From Desulfotignum sp. (GTDB lineage: Bacteria; Desulfobacterota; Desulfobacteria; Desulfobacterales; Desulfobacteraceae), in the NCBI GenBank assembly GCA_011390615.1, contig JAABSB010000001.1, positions 8,636 through 72,635 on the forward strand: a stretch of DNA of 64,000 bases. The letters run 5' to 3'. Below, one piece after another: positions 59,656-64,000 of this stretch. Position numbers and translations under genes: made by a program. Under the pieces are notes generated by a model that saw only the letters and a program-made list of their open reading frames with translations, ran no database searches and had not been told where the DNA came from. Every line of letters starts with the position of its first letter. Within the stretch, counting starts at the first letter, position 1.

Positions 59656-59887
59656 AGGGTCAGAAGTTGACTTTTTTACCTTATTTTGTATTCTCTGTAT
59701 GTTACACTTCCGCCCCCTGGCAGATGATGAACCATTTGCACAAAAAAAAATTATCCCTCACGATCAATCATCTGTCAGTCATGTCAATCACTCATGGGTT
59801 TGATTTCATCCCGACCTGATGATAGCAAGCCGACCAGATGATAACAACCTTGCCATAAAAAAGGCAAAAAAGTTAACTTCTGACCCT
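59656..59887. mobile_element. 232-bp non-coding element bounded by long inverted repeats (MITE/REPIN-like or invertible segment)
   Basis: Left end AGGGTCAGAAGTTGACTTTTTTACCTT versus right end (reverse complement) AGGGTCAGAAGTTAACTTTTTTGCCTT, 25/27 identical. The repeat is certain but its nature is inferred. Confidence 0.6.
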
Positions 59888-59937
59888 GTCACTTCTTGTA
59901 ATTATATCACAACACCGCCAGGATTACCGAAACAATT

Positions 59938-60417
59938 TTATATCTCATTCATGATTTTTCTGGCAATGGGCAGGCACGGGTAAGACCCGTTGAGACATAC
60001 CCGGTTGGCAGGGCGATGACGGGCGATTGTAAATTGAAAATCGGTGAGCCTGGAATAAAAGTCGGCAAACACCTTTTCTTCGGTTTCAAGAGATATCCGG
60101 CAGTGATCTGCCAGGCCGAACACACCAGCACTATGATGCACCATCAGAAAAAAACAGGCAGCTGAGAGAAATCTGGGCTGAAATTCCAGAAAAAGCTGGG
60201 GATAAAACTTGGATATGTAAATCCCTTTGGAAAACCGGTCATGGGAAAGAATCAGGTTCAGGGAAACAAGAGCCCTGGTTTTTACATCCCACAAAAAATA
60301 TTCCATGCAGGTGTCTTCCCTGGTAAAGGTCAGAAAATACCGTTCCAGCAGCCGTTTGACCTGTATCTCCATAAAAGGGGCCAAAACAGGGATCTGCATG
60401 GAACAAGATATCATCAC
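59938..60417 (-). CDS. hypothetical protein, possibly divergent GNAT fold
   Basis: Coupled to the upstream gene by an ATGA overlap. ISLET...FY.RL.DF.F resembles the GNAT C-terminal motif. Confidence 0.6.
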   Translation of the reverse strand: MMISCSMQIPVLAPFMEIQVKRLLERYFLTFTREDTCMEYFLWDVKTRALVSLNLILSHDRFSKGIYISKFYPQLFLEFQPRFLSAACFFLMVHHSAGVFGLADHCRISLETEEKVFADFYSRLTDFQFTIARHRPANRVCLNGSYPCLPIARKIMNEI

Positions 60418-61163
60418 CTCTCTTCTTTTCCGCTATTTTTTTCAGTCTTTTCCCGGCTTTCATCACCGCCGGACCTGCCGAACACGGTGCAGCCCCCTGT
60501 CCAGGCGGAAGGCGCATCTTTCATTCCCAGGCAGCGGTCCATGGCAGACACCAGTTCAAACCGCCCGGTTTCCAAATGCATGGTTTTACACACAGCCTGG
60601 ACCACGTCCCTTGCCAGGGTATACACATAATTGGGTGCAGACAGACAGGGGATCTCTGCGTTTTGATTGCCGGAGATAAAAGCGGTTTCACAATCCTGCC
60701 GGCTCAGTGAATTCCAGGTCCTGCAGATAAAGGGCCGCTGGTCATAAATGGAACAGGTATGGTGATTCAGAAAAATGCAGGGGGTCTGGTCCTTGACTGC
60801 CACCCGCTGGGTAAGGGAACAACCCCGGGTATATGAAAGGTTGGTGCGAATCCTGGTTTTCAGGCCCTGCATTGCCTTCGGGCTGAAATGGTTGTGCACA
60901 TAAGAACAGATCACAACCACTTCAAGAGGCATCACATGAATGCGGGAATGGCAGCAGAAACTGCATCCGCTACCACATTCCGGCACCGGCGACTCGCATG
61001 TTCCAGCCACAGAATCCAGCACCAGGGCTGCTGCAGCCATAACCTGCCGGATAATTGAAAACAAATCATAAAATGGATCTGCGGCTTGTGTTTTCGCCCC
61101 ATCTGCGATCTGAAAAAAATAAGCGGAAAGGGCATCCTGGCCGGCCTGGGTCTGGTCCTGCAT
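60414..61163 (-). CDS. YkgJ family cysteine-cluster protein
   Basis: CGSGCSFCC...CIFL...CSIYDQRPFICR. Confidence 0.88.
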   Translation of the reverse strand: MQDQTQAGQDALSAYFFQIADGAKTQAADPFYDLFSIIRQVMAAAALVLDSVAGTCESPVPECGSGCSFCCHSRIHVMPLEVVVICSYVHNHFSPKAMQGLKTRIRTNLSYTRGCSLTQRVAVKDQTPCIFLNHHTCSIYDQRPFICRTWNSLSRQDCETAFISGNQNAEIPCLSAPNYVYTLARDVVQAVCKTMHLETGRFELVSAMDRCLGMKDAPSAWTGGCTVFGRSGGDESREKTEKNSGKEER

Positions 61164-61304
61164 CTTGTCTCCTTGATATGTAAGACAGGCAGCGATCTGC
61201 TGAATCGGCCAGAGGGATGTCTGGAGCTTACAGGTTTTTCATAGTGTATACCCTACCCTATCCATCATTCATGGTCAACAGCAGTTTTTTCTGCTTCTTC
61301 CATC

Positions 61305-62009
61305 TTATGTTTGTTTTACAATCCGGACAATCTCTTCAGCCAGCACCTGGGAAGCGTCAACGGTGTCAAGGGGCAGGTCTCCGCCCAGGGCGCTCAGTTC
61401 CGTGCATGCCACAATGGCCACCCGGACGTCATCATTCCTTAAACGATCACAGACCCGGACATACTGCCGGTGAAGATCCGGGGAAATGCGGCCTGTCTTC
61501 ACCTGGCGGATGATACTGAACAGCAGGTCCTGATGTTCAGGGTCCGGCCAGACTTCAGCCATTCCCAGCGCTTCAAACCGCCGGGTATAGAGTTTGGTGA
61601 TGGCCACGGCAGGAGAGGCCAGCATCCCGATTTTTTTATCTTTGGCGAAACGGTTTTTCACTTGTTCCACCACCTTGTCGACCATATTGAGCACTGGTAT
61701 GGTTACCGCCTGCTGCACCGCATCATGATAATAGTGTGCCGTATTGCAGGGAATCACCAGAAAATCTGCGCCCCAGGTCTCCAGGCGCCTGGCCATGTCT
61801 GCCATGACCGGCCCGGGGTCTTCGCCGTCGCCTTCAATAATGGCTTTGATCCGGGAGGGCACCTTGGGGTTGTTGTCCACAATGCACCGGATATGATCCT
61901 TATCATCTGTGGCCGACGTCAGACGGATGATGCGCTGCATCAGGTCCACCGTGGCCTCAGGTCCCATCCCGCCGATGATGCCCACAATTTTTTCACGGGT
62001 CTGTGTCAT
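61305..62009 (-). CDS. aspartate/glutamate racemase family protein (candidate cysteate racemase)
   Basis: GIIGGMGP.AT, PCNTAH and ACTEL catalytic cysteines. Confidence 0.9.
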   Translation of the reverse strand: MTQTREKIVGIIGGMGPEATVDLMQRIIRLTSATDDKDHIRCIVDNNPKVPSRIKAIIEGDGEDPGPVMADMARRLETWGADFLVIPCNTAHYYHDAVQQAVTIPVLNMVDKVVEQVKNRFAKDKKIGMLASPAVAITKLYTRRFEALGMAEVWPDPEHQDLLFSIIRQVKTGRISPDLHRQYVRVCDRLRNDDVRVAIVACTELSALGGDLPLDTVDASQVLAEEIVRIVKQT

Positions 62010-62123
62010 GATCATTGCTTTCTTTTCGTTGTCTGTCCGCCGCACCGCAATGCCAGATGCAGCCGCCCTGAAATCTCAGGGCAGCTGCGTTTTGTGCATC
62101 TGAATGCCGACTGTTTCCGACAC

Positions 62124-63125
62124 CTATTTCCGAAAGGTGTCCATATAGGCATACAGGGCCGGAGATCCGCCGGTATGGAGAAACAGCACCTTTGTGCCGG
62201 GTGCGAAATGGTCTTTTCGAATCAAATCAATCAATCCCGCCGCGGTCTTGCCTGAATAGACCGGATCCAGAAGAATCGACTCGGTCTGTGCAAAAAGTTT
62301 CACCGCCTCCACCATGGCATCTGTGGGAATGGAATATCCCGGGCCCACATACTGGTCAAAGCACACAAACGCTTTGCGGTCCAGAGCGGTTTTTACCCCC
62401 AGTTTTTCTGCTGTTGCAATGGCCAGTTTATATACGATTTCCTCCTGGACATCCTTTTTTCTGGACACATTGACACCGCTCACCGGGATATTGCTGCTGG
62501 ACCCCACCATGCCCACAACCATGCCGGCATGGGTGCCTGCAGATCCGGACGGCACAACAATGTGATCAATATTCAGGTGCATGTCATTGAGCTGGGTCAT
62601 TGTTTCTGCAGCACATGACACATATCCCAGGGCACCGATGGCATTGGATGCCCCCCCCGGGATAATATACGGCCGTCTGCCTTCCGCCTCGAGCGCGGCA
62701 GCCTTTTTTTCCATGGCGCCCATCATATCGGTTCCGCCGGGCACCACTTCGATGCTTTTCACCCCCATCAGCTCAAACAGAAAATTGTTGCCGCTGGCAT
62801 CTTCTTTGTAGGATCCTTTCACCCGTTCTTCCAGGACCAGGTGGCAGTCAAGGCCCTCCTTCACCGCCCAGGAGAGTGTCAGCCGGCAGTGGTTGGACTG
62901 TACGGCCCCGCAGGTGATGATGGTGTCCGCCTTTTTCTCCATGGCATCGGCTATGCAGAATTCCAGTTTCCTGGTTTTGTTGCCCCCGCCGGCCCCGGGA
63001 AGCAGATCGTCCCGCTTCACATACAGGGAGACCTCTTTTCCAAGGCGTTTGCTTAACGCCGGCATGGGCTCAATGGGCGTGGGGGTGTAAATGTATTTTC
63101 TTCTGGGAAATTGTGCAAAATTCAT
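62124..63125 (-). CDS. D-cysteine desulfhydrase family PLP lyase (candidate cysteate sulfo-lyase)
   Basis: KRDD, GGNKTRKLE (PLP Lys), QSNH, GSAGT.AG, LDPVYSGK, HTGG. Confidence 0.92.
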   Translation of the reverse strand: MNFAQFPRRKYIYTPTPIEPMPALSKRLGKEVSLYVKRDDLLPGAGGGNKTRKLEFCIADAMEKKADTIITCGAVQSNHCRLTLSWAVKEGLDCHLVLEERVKGSYKEDASGNNFLFELMGVKSIEVVPGGTDMMGAMEKKAAALEAEGRRPYIIPGGASNAIGALGYVSCAAETMTQLNDMHLNIDHIVVPSGSAGTHAGMVVGMVGSSSNIPVSGVNVSRKKDVQEEIVYKLAIATAEKLGVKTALDRKAFVCFDQYVGPGYSIPTDAMVEAVKLFAQTESILLDPVYSGKTAAGLIDLIRKDHFAPGTKVLFLHTGGSPALYAYMDTFRK

Positions 63126-63170
63126 GGGGCTTCCTTACATCTAATTGGGTTTGTTAAAAGGGGTTTCAGT

Positions 63171-63557
63171 TTATGATGGTAACAGAAAAACCGCTTCCAC
63201 CTCGATGCCCGCGTTCATGGGCAGCGCCCCGACCTGGAATGCGCTCCGGGCGGGAAACGGTTCGGTAAAATACTGGTCATACACGGCGTTGACCGCCTTG
63301 AAATCATTGATGTCCGACAGAAACACCGTGGTTTTCACGGCATCGGCCAGCCCGATACCGGCTTTTCCGGCAATGGCGGACAGGTTCTTGAACACCTGAT
63401 GGGCCTGTTCTTCAATGGTCCCAGTGATGCGTTGACCGGTTGCCGGGTCAAGGGGAAGCTGGCCCGAGGTAAACAAAAATCCGTTGGCTGCCACGGCCTG
63501 GGAATAGGGGCCGATGGCTTTAGGTGCCTTGTCGGTTGAGATAATCTGTCTGGTCAT
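63171..63557 (-). CDS. ridA: RidA family enamine/imine deaminase
   Basis: APKAIGPYSQA, SGQLP, VKTTVFL, PARS, LP....EVE. Confidence 0.95.
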   Translation of the reverse strand: MTRQIISTDKAPKAIGPYSQAVAANGFLFTSGQLPLDPATGQRITGTIEEQAHQVFKNLSAIAGKAGIGLADAVKTTVFLSDINDFKAVNAVYDQYFTEPFPARSAFQVGALPMNAGIEVEAVFLLPS

Positions 63558-63562
63558 AATGG

Positions 63563-64000
63563 TTACATCTCCATATTTTTTGATTCAGGGTCCCAGGACA
63601 ACACCTGGGCCGCCACATCCGCTATGATCTGTGCGATCTGTTCACAATCCGCCATGTCAAAGGTCAGCGGAATCCGCATGTCGCACATCCCGGCCAGTAT
63701 GCGGTCAGTATTGGGCAATTCGGGCAGATTGTCAAAGTATTTCCAGCTGCTGTAGGCACTGGTGAATCCCACAGGCCGTTTGTTGCCGAACCACTTGAGT
63801 TCCACGCCCCGGGAAAGGCAGGTCTCCAGGAATCGGTGGATCACGGCGGGATCCTGCGTGTGCAGGGTGAACTGGATGGAGCTGCCCACATACTGTTCTT
63901 TCGGGTCCCGCTGCGGGCAGGTGAGGCCCGGAATTTGGTTCAGCCGGGATTCCAGGAGCTGGTACCGGCGGTTCCATCTCTGGCACTGGTCATCCAGGAT
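63563..64000 (-). CDS. C-terminus of a DegT/DnrJ/EryC1/StrS-like PLP enzyme (5' end outside the window)
   Basis: Frame open to the window edge: LDDQCQRWNRRY..L...L..IPGL...VGSSIQF...RGVELKWFG...DMRIP. Confidence 0.7.
   Translation of the reverse strand: MLDDQCQRWNRRYQLLESRLNQIPGLTCPQRDPKEQYVGSSIQFTLHTQDPAVIHRFLETCLSRGVELKWFGNKRPVGFTSAYSSWKYFDNLPELPNTDRILAGMCDMRIPLTFDMADCEQIAQIIADVAAQVLSWDPESKNMEM

Noticed and set aside
62124-63125. ACC deaminase assignment
   Set aside because: It has Ser (YSGK) and Thr (HTGG) where ACC deaminases have Glu and Leu.
1-64000. CRISPR arrays, tRNA/rRNA genes, prophage, defence systems, intact transposases
   Set aside because: None recognised. Almost all sequence is accounted for by metabolic and signalling genes, though short ncRNAs could be missed by eye.

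Overview
Gene-dense 64 kb chromosomal window from an anaerobe. Gene content suggests a Desulfobacteraceae-type sulfate reducer (inference). No rRNA, tRNA, CRISPR array, prophage or intact transposase was seen. Main blocks, left to right: (1) a 2-oxoacid:ferredoxin oxidoreductase operon (delta-alpha-beta-gamma) running into a DmsB/PadC-like FeS gene; (2) a CdaA-YbbR fused diadenylate cyclase, a DUF2914-like protein, asparaginase, a repeat-bearing amidase, an MCP and an atypical class III cyclase; (3) a GntR/FAD-oxidoreductase pair; (4) an alcohol/aldehyde oxidation cluster with a degenerate and an intact Fe-ADH, AOR and a ferredoxin, followed by a 2-hydroxyacyl-CoA dehydratase/BCR-family trio; (5) Moco/Wco maturation genes; (6) a DUF318/SO_0444-type metal permease whose two ORF-track halves are joined by an in-frame TGA followed by a SECIS-like hairpin, behind a SmtB/ArsR-type operator (best candidate: a selenocysteine-containing metal efflux permease); (7) an AttEFGH-like ABC system and a haloacid dehalogenase relic; (8) a glycogen cluster with eukaryote-like branching and debranching enzymes, preceded by a 232-bp inverted-repeat-bounded element; (9) a racemase/PLP lyase/RidA/DegT-like operon suggestive of cysteate desulfonation. 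Start codons were adjusted by eye and no database searches were run.
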